Shown here piece by piece: positions 8,581-18,134 of a stretch of DNA of 30,971 nt; within the stretch, counting starts at the first letter, position 1; every line of letters starts with the position of its first letter. The DNA is from a virus (lineage: Duplodnaviria > Caudoviricetes). A program made the position numbers and the translations under genes. The notes below the pieces were generated by a model, which saw nothing but the letters and a program-made list of their open reading frames with translations, was not told where the DNA came from and did not search any database. The DNA lies in the IMG/VR virus record IMGVR_UViG_3300014508_000007, positions 1 to 30,971 of that record. One strand, given 5' to 3'.

Positions 8581-9719
8581 TGGCAAAGATAAACTTAAGA
8601 AGTCCAAGATATTTAAAAGTATCAAACGTATCGTTAAGCTACGCGGTATTAAAATTATATGTATATAGCGGCGAACTAACAACTGACAAACCAGCGACAC
8701 CACAATACACGATAACTAAAAAGGAAGTCGGTAGTAACAACTACGTTATTTTTGAAATAGCAGAATTAGTAAGAGATTACATAGAGCATACTTTTAACGG
8801 AGATTATGTAAATGCAGACAACGAGGTGCTGTGGGCAGAAAGTGATATTGAACTATTTGATAGCAGCGATGCTAGTTTGGGTAATTCAAATACAAACGAT
8901 ACTGCGTTCGATGGCTACGGCTATTTTGAGGATGGTATTAACCCACAATTAGAGCAGCCTTTACTACAAACTAACACTTGTATTTACAAGCCAGACGATA
9001 GTCCTTTAAGAATACCTATCGATACAAACGCAGCAGACAATGTTACGTTCTTTTTTAACGGACAGCAAATATACAACAAAGCTATATCTGCATCTACTGA
9101 AAGTAAGGACCAGATTGAATACGTTTCAAACGTGGCAAATGATATAGATGGTTTTAGGGACAGGGTGCTAGAAGATGGCGGTACGTTTGAGGACAACACT
9201 TGTATTGAATCGTTCTTAGATGAGTACACAATATTCCCAGTTGATACGGTTTATATTAGTGGGGTTTATGGAGTAGATATTTTAACCGTTAAAAATATAG
9301 AGGAATGTAAGTACGAGCCTTTAAAGATTACGTTTATAAATAGGTTCGGTGCGTTGCAGGATTTTTGGTTCTTTAAAAAGAGTGTTAAAAATTTATCGGT
9401 AAAGAGTAGTGATTTTAAAAGAAATATTTTAGATGAATCTTCGCTATCTTTTGGAAACGGAAGACCTGTAAATGTATTCGATTTAACCGCTAAGGATAGT
9501 ATCACTTTAAATAGTGGCTATGTGAATGAAAACCAAAGTAGTGCAATAGAAGAGTTACTATTGAGCGAAGATGTATGGATTAGTATTGATACGACTGACC
9601 CTGCACCTGTTAATGTAAAGACAAAAACAATGCAGTACAAGACAAGCGTAAACGATAATTTAATAAACCACACAATAGACTTTGAGTTTGCTTATAACAA
9701 AATAAACGATATTAGATAG
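8580..9719 (+). CDS. virion structural protein (tail tip/distal tail-like)
   Basis: Acidic, beta-rich; FINRFGALQDFWF; position before the large tail protein. Confidence 0.6.
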   Translation: MAKINLRSPRYLKVSNVSLSYAVLKLYVYSGELTTDKPATPQYTITKKEVGSNNYVIFEIAELVRDYIEHTFNGDYVNADNEVLWAESDIELFDSSDASLGNSNTNDTAFDGYGYFEDGINPQLEQPLLQTNTCIYKPDDSPLRIPIDTNAADNVTFFFNGQQIYNKAISASTESKDQIEYVSNVANDIDGFRDRVLEDGGTFEDNTCIESFLDEYTIFPVDTVYISGVYGVDILTVKNIEECKYEPLKITFINRFGALQDFWFFKKSVKNLSVKSSDFKRNILDESSLSFGNGRPVNVFDLTAKDSITLNSGYVNENQSSAIEELLLSEDVWISIDTTDPAPVNVKTKTMQYKTSVNDNLINHTIDFEFAYNKINDIR

Positions 9720-11795
9720 ATGCAAGATGTAATTTTATACATAGAGGGTATTAAGGTAGATTTATTTAAGGATGAAAACATTTCTTTAACTTCTTCTATT
9801 CAAGACATTAGGGATATATCTAAGATTTTCACAGATTTTAGTAAGTCGTTTGCCCTACCAGCATCAAAAACAAACAACAAGTTATTTAAGCATTATTACA
9901 ATAGTGATATAGATGGGTTTGATGCACGCACTCAAAAGGATGCGAATATAGAATTAAATCACATACCTTTCAGAGAGGGAAAGATTAAGTTAAATGGTGT
10001 TAAGTTAAAGAACAACAAGCCGTTTTCTTATAACGTTACTTTCTTTGGTAATACAGTAAGTTTAAAAACCGTAATAGGAGAGGATCAGTTGGATCAATTA
10101 TCTTCTTTGAGTTCTTACGACCACGAGTTTAACGCATCAACAGTACTTGAAGGGTTAACAACCAACGTACACAATGGCGCTATAAGATATCCTTTAATGA
10201 CACACACGCAAAGGTACACTTACGACACTAATGTAGCAAGTTTAAACCAAGGGAATATAGCTTATCACACAGGCGCAAGCCACGTTCACGGTATTAACTT
10301 CTTTGACTTAAAACCAGGGCTAAGCGTGTTGGAAATTATAAATGCAATAGAAGCAAAATACACTATTGCAAATGGGTACTCTCAAAATATTGTTTTTTCA
10401 AATGATTTTTTCAGCACTTCAGAAGAAGCGTTTGCAAGATTGTATCTTTGGCTACATAGAACAAAGGGAAAGATTGGAGCAACTACAACAGGAGAAGAGA
10501 AACTAAGTGTGGCTAGTGGGTTTTCTTATTTGTCTGGAGATGATTATATTACTTTTATACAAGGAAATAGTATTTGGAAGGAAGCAACAGATACCTCTAC
10601 TTTTGTAGATGCCACTATTACTATTACGCCAACACAAACAGGAGAGCTGTACGACCTTCAAATTGCGGATGAAGTTTCTGGTGCTATTCTTTTAGATAAT
10701 AGAGGGTTAACAGGCACACAATCTTTTACTGTATCGTTACCAAAAACAACAAGTGGCACAAGACCTTATGAGATAAAGACAAAGATAATAACGGAATCGG
10801 CACTAAATGAGTATGATGCTAAATGGCGTATTGAAACAACCAACGAGCAAGACCCTGGAGAACCTACAATATTTCAAGATGGAACATATCAAGCGTTAAA
10901 TATTCAGATAACTTCAGAGGTTATAATATTAGACAACGTGCCTAAAATTAAAATAATAGACCTTCTTACAGGGCTGTTTAAGATGTTTAATTTAACAGCG
11001 TACATTAACGGAACAGAAATAAAAGTAGAGCCTTTAGATAACTTCTATTCAAACGCTGACTCGTATGATATAACAAAGTTTGTAGATGTTTCTTCTAGTG
11101 ATGTTAATACGTCTTTGCCGTTTAGAGAAATTACATTTGCTTATAAAGAGCCAAAGACGTTTTTGGCAGATGCTTTTAAAAACCAAAACAACAAGGCGTT
11201 TGGTAGATTAGAATATGATGGAGGGGAAAAATTAGATGGCGGAAAGTATGAAATAAAACTACCTTTTGAGCATATGGTATTTGAGCGTTTAACAGATGAA
11301 AACGATGGTGTTTTGTCCAACTCTCAATATGGTTATTTTGTAGATAAAAAAGAAGAGCCTACTATCGCAGCGCCATTGCTTTATTACAACGTTAACCAAG
11401 TTGTTGGAAGTAAGAAGATGGTTTATATAAATGGTCAAGGAAATGCAATTATAGGAAGTGGAGAAACCTATATAACTTATAATAGACCAAGTAATACAAA
11501 TGAAATACCAACTTCTGATTACACTTTAAATTTTGGAAGTGAGTTTGACGAATGGGATGGTATATTAAATAACAACTCTCTATTTGAGAACTTTTATAAG
11601 AATTATATAACTGACAGTTTTAATTCAAAAAATAGGCTTACAAAAGTAACTGCGTTTTTGCCTTTAAAGATATTGTTAAATTACACATTATCGGATAGGT
11701 TTATTTTAAATGGAAAAAGTTACAAGATAAATAGTATTAATACAGATTTGCAAAGCGGCAAGTCACAAATAGAATTGTTAAATGATTTTACTTAA
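9720..11795 (+). CDS. large tail tip/baseplate hub protein
   Basis: 691 aa; N-terminal DLFKDENISLTSSIQDIRD...FSKSFALPASKTNN pattern; C-terminal hub-like beta segment. Confidence 0.65.
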   Translation: MQDVILYIEGIKVDLFKDENISLTSSIQDIRDISKIFTDFSKSFALPASKTNNKLFKHYYNSDIDGFDARTQKDANIELNHIPFREGKIKLNGVKLKNNKPFSYNVTFFGNTVSLKTVIGEDQLDQLSSLSSYDHEFNASTVLEGLTTNVHNGAIRYPLMTHTQRYTYDTNVASLNQGNIAYHTGASHVHGINFFDLKPGLSVLEIINAIEAKYTIANGYSQNIVFSNDFFSTSEEAFARLYLWLHRTKGKIGATTTGEEKLSVASGFSYLSGDDYITFIQGNSIWKEATDTSTFVDATITITPTQTGELYDLQIADEVSGAILLDNRGLTGTQSFTVSLPKTTSGTRPYEIKTKIITESALNEYDAKWRIETTNEQDPGEPTIFQDGTYQALNIQITSEVIILDNVPKIKIIDLLTGLFKMFNLTAYINGTEIKVEPLDNFYSNADSYDITKFVDVSSSDVNTSLPFREITFAYKEPKTFLADAFKNQNNKAFGRLEYDGGEKLDGGKYEIKLPFEHMVFERLTDENDGVLSNSQYGYFVDKKEEPTIAAPLLYYNVNQVVGSKKMVYINGQGNAIIGSGETYITYNRPSNTNEIPTSDYTLNFGSEFDEWDGILNNNSLFENFYKNYITDSFNSKNRLTKVTAFLPLKILLNYTLSDRFILNGKSYKINSINTDLQSGKSQIELLNDFT

Positions 11796-11928
11796 ACTAT
11801 TAAATATAAGCGAGTTTTACAACGAGAGTGAAACAATAGAAATTGCAAAGGGTAAAAACAAACTTCCAGAAACGTGGAAAGAGGGTTTTGAACAAATAAA
11901 AAGAGCAGCGAAATGGCAAAGAAAGTAA
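11782..11928 (+). CDS. small hypothetical protein (48 aa) before tape measure
   Basis: MILLKLLNISEFYNESETIEIAKGKNKLPETW...; bridges the 11795-11913 gap with overlaps on both sides. Confidence 0.6.
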   Translation: MILLKLLNISEFYNESETIEIAKGKNKLPETWKEGFEQIKRAAKWQRK

Positions 11929-13865
11929 TAGTAGATCTAGAAGCTAAGGTTGACAAGGCTATTGATGGAGTTGAAAAGCTGAACGATAGCGTTAAAGACT
12001 TACGCAAAGATAGCAAGAAGGCAACCGATGGTTTGCAAAAAGGAGTTGAAGATGTAGGAAAGACCGCTAAAAAATCAGAAAAAGGTATTGGGGGTTTAGC
12101 TAAAGGATTTAAAGGTATGGGCGTTGCTATGAAAGCTGCTGGTATCGGACTTGTAATTGCCGCTCTTGGAAAACTTAAAGAGGTTTTTGAAAGTAACCAA
12201 AAGGTTGCGGATGCTTTTAGCGTTGTGTTTGAAACTGTATCTTTAGTTTTTAATCAAATTGTTACGGCTGTTGTTGATACTTACGAGGCTGTTGCAAAGT
12301 CTTCGGATAATTTCGATGCGTTGGGCAAGGTTCTTAAAGGTGTACTTACTATTGGTGTTACACCTATGAAACTTGCTTTTTTTGCAATTAAACTAGGAAT
12401 ACAACAAGCACAATTAGCTTGGGAAAAATCTGTTTTCGGAGGTAAAGACCCAGAAACAATAAACCAATTAACATTAGATATATTAGAAACAAAATCGGCA
12501 CTAGTAGAGGTTGGAGAAGATGCTATACAGGCTGGTAAAGATATTGTTAATAACGTAGGAGAGGCAGCTGCAGAAATTGGAAACATAACAAAAATAGCTG
12601 GAGAGGAGTTATCAAAAATAAGTATAAGCGCAGCTGTTGAGGCAGCAAAGACAAATGTAAAATTAAAGAAGTCAGCAGAGATAGCAGCAGCCTTGAACCA
12701 AGGATTGATTGAGAAATACGATAGACAAGCTGAACAACTAAGACAGATAAGGGATGATGACACAAAGGGAATAGCAGAGCGTATAAAAGCTAATAATGCT
12801 TTAAAGTTGGTTTTAGAGGAGCAAAAAGAGGCTATGCTTAAAAATGCAAAAGCTATACTTGCAGCAGCACAAGCTGAACATTCAAAGAATGATAATCAAG
12901 AGAACACTATTGCGTTATTGGAGGCTCAAAATGAGTTAACAGCAATATCCGCACAAATTGAAGGCTTTAAAAGTGAGCAAATAAGTAACCGAATAGCTTT
13001 AGAGAAAGAAAGCGCAGAATTAACAAGAGCAAAGTCAGAAAACGAAAACGCACTTGCGTTAGATAGAAAAAGGTTTGCAGCAGAGCAAATTACCGATGAA
13101 GTAGCTAAGTTAGAAAAATTAAAAGCGTTACTAGAAAGTGAAAAAACAATCGAACTTGAAAGGTTACAGTTAAAAATTGATAGTTTTGCAGCAGGAACAC
13201 AGGCTAGGTTGGATGCAGAGAACGAGTTTGCAACAAAAAAACAAGAGATAGAGCAGGCGTTAGTTTTAAATAAGAGTGAAACAACGGAAGCTAAAAAGGC
13301 TTTAGGGCTAAAAGAGGTTGCAGATGACAAAGCGGTTGCAGATGCAAAGGCTTCTATAAGAAATGGTAATTTAAACAATGCAAGTTCTGCCTTTGCGCTA
13401 CTTGGTCAGTTAGCTGGTAAAAATAAAAAACTACAAGCGATTGCGTTAATTGGAGAAAGTGCTGTGGGTATCGCAAAAACGGTAATTAATACACAAGCTG
13501 CAAATGCTGCCGCTGTATTAAAGTACGCACTATTGCCCGGTGGTGTTGCTCTAGCTGCTGCTGAAAGAACAATTAACAACATTGGTGCTGGTATAAGTAT
13601 TGCTTCAAATATTGCAGCGACATCAAAAGGACTGAGAGCGCTAGGTGCTGGGGGCGCACCATCTAAGCCATCTGTTGAAGGTGCTGGAGCTTCTACTCCA
13701 CAGTCCCCAAATTTTAATATAATAGGGACAAGTGGAACTAATCAATTAGCAAGTGCGATAGGCGGTCAAGAACAACAGCCAGTAAAAGCGTTTGTAGTTT
13801 CTAACGATGTAACAACAGCGCAGAGTTTAGATAGGAATATTATAGAGGGTGCTAGTTTAGGTTAA
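11913..13865 (+). CDS. tape measure protein
   Basis: 650 aa, Ala-rich helical/coiled-coil with hydrophobic G/A segments. Confidence 0.8.
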   Translation: MAKKVIVDLEAKVDKAIDGVEKLNDSVKDLRKDSKKATDGLQKGVEDVGKTAKKSEKGIGGLAKGFKGMGVAMKAAGIGLVIAALGKLKEVFESNQKVADAFSVVFETVSLVFNQIVTAVVDTYEAVAKSSDNFDALGKVLKGVLTIGVTPMKLAFFAIKLGIQQAQLAWEKSVFGGKDPETINQLTLDILETKSALVEVGEDAIQAGKDIVNNVGEAAAEIGNITKIAGEELSKISISAAVEAAKTNVKLKKSAEIAAALNQGLIEKYDRQAEQLRQIRDDDTKGIAERIKANNALKLVLEEQKEAMLKNAKAILAAAQAEHSKNDNQENTIALLEAQNELTAISAQIEGFKSEQISNRIALEKESAELTRAKSENENALALDRKRFAAEQITDEVAKLEKLKALLESEKTIELERLQLKIDSFAAGTQARLDAENEFATKKQEIEQALVLNKSETTEAKKALGLKEVADDKAVADAKASIRNGNLNNASSAFALLGQLAGKNKKLQAIALIGESAVGIAKTVINTQAANAAAVLKYALLPGGVALAAAERTINNIGAGISIASNIAATSKGLRALGAGGAPSKPSVEGAGASTPQSPNFNIIGTSGTNQLASAIGGQEQQPVKAFVVSNDVTTAQSLDRNIIEGASLG

Positions 13866-13871
13866 AATATA

Positions 13872-13896
13872 ACAAATACAAATTAAATTGTTTTTA
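13872..13896 (+). promoter_or_regulatory. putative late promoter (copy 3)
   Basis: ACAAA-N11-TTGTTTTTA, 4 nt before ATG 13901. Confidence 0.65.
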
Positions 13897-13900
13897 TATT

Positions 13901-14812
13901 ATGCAAATTATTGAATTGATAATATCGGATAACGAGGAGTTAAACGGAATAGATGCTATTTCTTTAGTTGAAAATCCAGCTATTGAAGAAAACTTTATAG
14001 CATTAAAAGACCAAGCATTAGAACTTGCAAAGGTAGACGATGAAAAGCGTATATTAATGGGTGCTGCTTTAATTCCAAATAAACCAATTTATAGACGTAG
14101 TGGAGAGAATGAGTTTTATATTTTCTTTTCAAAAGATACTGTAAATAAAGCTAGTCAATTATTTTTACAGAACGGAAACCAAGGTAAAGCTACTTTAGAA
14201 CACGAGAAGGCAATACAAGGTTTAACAGTTGTAGAGAGTTGGATAGTAGAAGATGAAACACACGACAAAAGCAAGAAGTATGGGCTTAGTTTACCATTAG
14301 GTACTTGGATGGTTTCAATGAAGGTAGAAGATGATGCTATTTGGAATGACTTTGTAAAGACTGGTAAGGTAAAAGGTTTCAGTATAGAGGGATATTTTGC
14401 CGACAAATTAGAGCGACCAAACGAGAAAGTAAAAGATAATTTAAAAAACAATTTAAAAGAAATGAGTGCAGAAGAAAAGTTAATAAAAGAATTGCAAGAT
14501 ATTATTTTAGGTAGTCAGAAAGTAGAATTAGGCTTAATAGATGATGTGGAGAAAAAATTAGACAAGGCAAATTCAGAATTAAGAAGTTTAAAAAAACAAG
14601 CACTAAGTGTTGCGGATAAATTAAATGACCTACAATCAAGTTACGCAACTGTTTTTTCAATTTCAAAAAAAGCAGAAAACTCGGCAAAAGAATTGGGTGC
14701 TGACGATATTCAAAAGATGTTTGGAAGTCGTGGAGATGAGGCTAAAGACTTTGAAAAACAAGTTGGTAGTGCTGCAAACAAAATAAAATCTATAATAACC
14801 CAAATATCATAA
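13901..14812 (+). CDS. XkdF-like prohead serine protease with C-terminal helical extension
   Basis: AISLVENPAIE, GAALIP, TLEH, GTW, KGFSIEG motifs; extra ~95 aa after QKVELG. Confidence 0.8.
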   Translation: MQIIELIISDNEELNGIDAISLVENPAIEENFIALKDQALELAKVDDEKRILMGAALIPNKPIYRRSGENEFYIFFSKDTVNKASQLFLQNGNQGKATLEHEKAIQGLTVVESWIVEDETHDKSKKYGLSLPLGTWMVSMKVEDDAIWNDFVKTGKVKGFSIEGYFADKLERPNEKVKDNLKNNLKEMSAEEKLIKELQDIILGSQKVELGLIDDVEKKLDKANSELRSLKKQALSVADKLNDLQSSYATVFSISKKAENSAKELGADDIQKMFGSRGDEAKDFEKQVGSAANKIKSIITQIS

Positions 14813-14821
14813 ACCAATAAT

Positions 14822-15478
14822 ATGAGTGTTACAAGAGCCGATACTTCATTTAGCGTAAGACCAGATGTAGTAACTACTTCACAAATAGCCACACTTAGTC
14901 CAGAAGATGGTCGTATTATTTACGATAAAACGGTAAATAAATTAAAGACTTACAACGGTACAAGCTGGGTAACAATAGAGGCTCAAACAGATATCTTTAG
15001 CGGTGGTTTTGCAGATTATAACGATTTAGCAACTCAATCAACTCCTTTAGTTGTTACGGTTGCTGGAAGTCCAGTTTCACTTACAAACGATGGGTTAGGG
15101 GCGTTTACAAACAAAACATATCTACCTACTGGCGTTACTGATGTATGGGACACTTCAACAAATATGTTTGACTGGAGTGATTTAAGTTTAGGTGATATGG
15201 TTGATATTAGGTTAGACATTGATTTAATTACAGCATCTCCAAATACCGAGATAAAAGTAGATTTGCATTTAGGAACTGGAGGTGGTGCTTACACTATACC
15301 GTTTATAACGGATAAAGATTTTAAAAACGTTGGAACTCATAAAGAAAATAGATTTAACGGTATTTATATGGGGGATGCCAACACGTTAAACAACGGAGGT
15401 CAATTTATGATTACAACAGACAAGGATTGTACTGTAAAAGTAAACGGATGGTATGTTAAAATAATACAACGAGGTTAA
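14822..15478 (+). CDS. putative head fibre/decoration protein
   Basis: N-terminal GRIIYD.T.NKLK.YNG.SW motif typical of fibre proteins, then a beta-sandwich-like domain; located in the head module. Confidence 0.5.
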   Translation: MSVTRADTSFSVRPDVVTTSQIATLSPEDGRIIYDKTVNKLKTYNGTSWVTIEAQTDIFSGGFADYNDLATQSTPLVVTVAGSPVSLTNDGLGAFTNKTYLPTGVTDVWDTSTNMFDWSDLSLGDMVDIRLDIDLITASPNTEIKVDLHLGTGGGAYTIPFITDKDFKNVGTHKENRFNGIYMGDANTLNNGGQFMITTDKDCTVKVNGWYVKIIQRG

Positions 15479-15496
15479 CGATTAAATTATATAAAA

Positions 15497-15880
15497 ATGA
15501 ACACACAAAAAGCAGTATTTAAAAAACTAGCAGAAGCTAAAGTTGAATTAGCAACACAGAAAGTAGAGCTAGGTAATTTAAAGACTTTAGATTCTATTAT
15601 TCGTGGATTAAAGGATAGTAATAAAAGGAGTTCAAGAATGGCAAAAGAAGTAAAAGATAGTATTGCCTCGTTAAATGGAAACATTAGAAAGTTAAACATT
15701 ATTTCTAACGAAAGTAAAGGTTTAATTAATGAGGGGCAACAAGAAGTTAATGAGTTAACTCAATCTTTAAAGGAATTAAATATGCAAACGAAAGACATTC
15801 CATCTATAAAAGAGTTTGAGATATTTGCTAAAGAGGCTGCCGATTTTATAAAGTTTACAAGCAAGCAAAAGAAACATTAG
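15497..15880 (+). CDS. putative capsid-internal (cargo) helical protein
   Basis: N-terminus TQKAVFKKL resembles scaffold C-terminus TLDRVFAKL; KVELA/QKVELG motifs shared with the protease tail. Confidence 0.5.
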   Translation: MNTQKAVFKKLAEAKVELATQKVELGNLKTLDSIIRGLKDSNKRSSRMAKEVKDSIASLNGNIRKLNIISNESKGLINEGQQEVNELTQSLKELNMQTKDIPSIKEFEIFAKEAADFIKFTSKQKKH

Positions 15881-15896
15881 TGTAGCCGAAAATACA

Positions 15897-15922
15897 ACAA
15901 AGGGATAAACCTTTTGTTTTTA
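15897..15922 (+). promoter_or_regulatory. putative late promoter (copy 4)
   Basis: ACAAA-N12-TTGTTTTTA upstream of scaffold/MCP. Confidence 0.7.
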
Positions 15923-15937
15923 ATTAAATAAATAATA

Positions 15938-16504
15938 ATGAACGCAAAAGACACGTTATCAAAAATCAAAACTGCTCTAGGTATGGAAGTATCTTTGGAG
16001 GCTATGAAACTTGAAAACGGCACTGTTTTAGAAGCTGAAAAATTTGAAGCTGGCGAAGAAGTTTTTATCGTTAATGAAGACGAAAGGATTGCTTTACCAG
16101 TTGGAGATTATACGCTTGAAGATGGTCGTATTCTTAAAGTTGAAGAAGAGGGTATTATCGCCTCTATTGAAGCCGAAGAAGAAGAGCCAACGGAAGCACC
16201 AGCAGAAGAAGAAGCGCCAGCCGAAGAAGTGGAAGCTACCGAAGAAGTGACCAAGCCTAAAAAGGTGGTTAAAAGTATTACCGAGGAAATGTTTTTCGCT
16301 GAAATTGAAAAGTTAAGAAACGAAATTAAAGGTCTTAAACTTTCAAAGACAGAGGAAACACCAGTTTCAGAGATTGAACTTTCAGAGGTAAACGAAATTG
16401 TACATAGCCCAGAGGCTAATGTAGAAAAAAAAGAAATTAATTTATATTCACAAAAACGAGGAGGTTCTACACTAGATAGAGTTTTCGCAAAATTAAACAA
16501 TTAA
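15938..16504 (+). CDS. capsid scaffolding protein
   Basis: Highly acidic, low-complexity EEEAPA linker, coiled coil, immediately precedes MCP. Confidence 0.75.
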   Translation: MNAKDTLSKIKTALGMEVSLEAMKLENGTVLEAEKFEAGEEVFIVNEDERIALPVGDYTLEDGRILKVEEEGIIASIEAEEEEPTEAPAEEEAPAEEVEATEEVTKPKKVVKSITEEMFFAEIEKLRNEIKGLKLSKTEETPVSEIELSEVNEIVHSPEANVEKKEINLYSQKRGGSTLDRVFAKLNN

Positions 16505-16507
16505 AAA

Positions 16508-17440
16508 ATGGCAACAACTACAAGTATTACAACTACCTACGCTGGAGAGTTTGCAGGAAAATACATATCTGCTGCTCTATTAAGTGCATCTACTATTGAG
16601 AATGGTGGGATTGAGGTAAGACCAAACATTAAAAATAAAGAGGTAATTCAAAAAATTGCAACTGATGGATTAGTAAAAGATGCTACGTGTGATTTCACAG
16701 CAACTTCTACCGTTACATTAACAGAGAGAGTTTTGCAGGTTGAAAACTTCCAAGTAAACCTTGAACTTTGTAAAAAAGACTTTCAATCAACTTGGCAAGC
16801 GATGGAAATGGGAATGTCTGCATTTGACAATTTACCAGCTTCTTTCCAAGACTTCCTTATCGGACACGTTTCTGCTAAAGTAGCACAAAAACAAGAGCAA
16901 AATATCTGGGGTGGTGTTAACGCTACCGCTGGAGAATATGATGGATTGGTAACATTAGCAACTGCTGATGCTGATGTAATTGATGTAGCTGCTGCTGTTG
17001 GTGGTGTAACTGCTGCAAACGTAATCGCTGAATTAGGAAAGGTAGTTGATGCTATTCCTTCTGCGCTTTATGGTAAGGAAGATTTATCTATCTATATTTC
17101 ACAAAACATTGCTCGTGCTTATGTTCGTGCTTTGGGTGGATTTGGCGCAAGTGGATTAGGTGCAAACGGTTCTAACGGACAAGGTACTCAATGGTGGAAT
17201 AACGGTTCTTTATCTTTTGATGGGGTTAAGTTATTTGTGGCGCAAGGATTGGCTGACAATACTGCAATGGCTGCTGAAAAGTCTAACTTATATTACGGTA
17301 CTTCTTTATTATCTGATGAGCAAGAAGTTAAGGTAATTGATATGGCTGATTTAGATGGTTCTCAAAACGTAAGAGTTGTGATGAGATTTGCAGCTGGTGT
17401 ACAGTACGGGATTGGTTCGGATATCGTTCTTTATTCTTAA
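16508..17440 (+). CDS. major capsid protein
   Basis: 310 aa, follows scaffold, strong codon bias, followed by a terminator. Confidence 0.85.
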   Translation: MATTTSITTTYAGEFAGKYISAALLSASTIENGGIEVRPNIKNKEVIQKIATDGLVKDATCDFTATSTVTLTERVLQVENFQVNLELCKKDFQSTWQAMEMGMSAFDNLPASFQDFLIGHVSAKVAQKQEQNIWGGVNATAGEYDGLVTLATADADVIDVAAAVGGVTAANVIAELGKVVDAIPSALYGKEDLSIYISQNIARAYVRALGGFGASGLGANGSNGQGTQWWNNGSLSFDGVKLFVAQGLADNTAMAAEKSNLYYGTSLLSDEQEVKVIDMADLDGSQNVRVVMRFAAGVQYGIGSDIVLYS

Positions 17441-17462
17441 AATTAAATTAACTAACATTATT

Positions 17463-17492
17463 AAAGGGGTGGGTTCTGCCTATCCCTTTTTT
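17463..17492 (+). terminator. intrinsic terminator after MCP
   Basis: AAAGGGGTGGG-ttctg-CCTATCCCTTT followed by T run. Confidence 0.8.
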
Positions 17493-17512
17493 ATTTAAAA
17501 AAACATAACAAT

Positions 17513-18040
17513 ATGGCTTGTGATATTACAGCAGGAAGATTAGAACCTTGTAAGGATTCCAACGGAGGACTTAGGGCAATATACTTCATTAATTATGATT
17601 CTGGTTTGTTCGATAAAGCGACATTTACAGCAGAAGAAATAACAGCTTTATCATCTCCTGTAACTTGTTTTAAATACGAGTTAAGAGGTGCTAATAGTTA
17701 CGATGAAGCAAACGAAAATTCAAGAGAAAACGGTACGTCTTTTTGGACAGGCACAGGGACTTTTGTATTTAAAAAACAGGATTTAGCAACTCAAAAGGAG
17801 TTGAAACTATTAAGCTACGGAAGACCACAGATAATCATTGAAGATTATAACGGCAACTTTAGATTGGCTGGTATTAAAAACGGCTGTGATTGTGCAGTAA
17901 GTTCTGCATCTGGTGCAGCTATGGGAGATTTAAACGGTTACAATATTGTAGCAACTTCACAAGAGGCTGAAATGGCTTCTTTTATTGATGCTACTTTAAT
18001 GGACAATATCGCTGGGTTTTTGGTAACCGAGGGTGTATAG
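17513..18040 (+). CDS. major tail tube protein
   Basis: 175 aa; MACDITAGRLEPCKD.NGG start, SRENGT, DLNGY motifs; followed by a terminator. Confidence 0.7.
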   Translation: MACDITAGRLEPCKDSNGGLRAIYFINYDSGLFDKATFTAEEITALSSPVTCFKYELRGANSYDEANENSRENGTSFWTGTGTFVFKKQDLATQKELKLLSYGRPQIIIEDYNGNFRLAGIKNGCDCAVSSASGAAMGDLNGYNIVATSQEAEMASFIDATLMDNIAGFLVTEGV

Positions 18041-18063
18041 ATTTTATTTTTTATAATTAGATT

Positions 18064-18095
18064 AAAGGTGTTAATTAATTTTAGCACCTTTTTTT
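18064..18095 (+). terminator. intrinsic terminator
   Basis: AAAGGTGTTAA/TTAGCACCTTT hairpin plus T run. Confidence 0.8.
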
Positions 18096-18104
18096 ATATC
18101 AATA

Positions 18105-18130
18105 ACAAAAACACTACATAGTTGTTTTTA
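18105..18130 (+). promoter_or_regulatory. putative late promoter (copy 5)
   Basis: ACAAA-N12-TTGTTTTTA directly after a terminator and 4 nt before ATG 18135. Confidence 0.75.
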
Positions 18131-18134
18131 TAAT

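Noticed and set aside
16044-16250. Alternative-frame + ORF inside the scaffold (likewise 21554-21748 inside the fibre gene)
   Set aside because: The 16044 ORF is a Lys-rich by-product of GAA repeats; neither has a slippery site or a good start context
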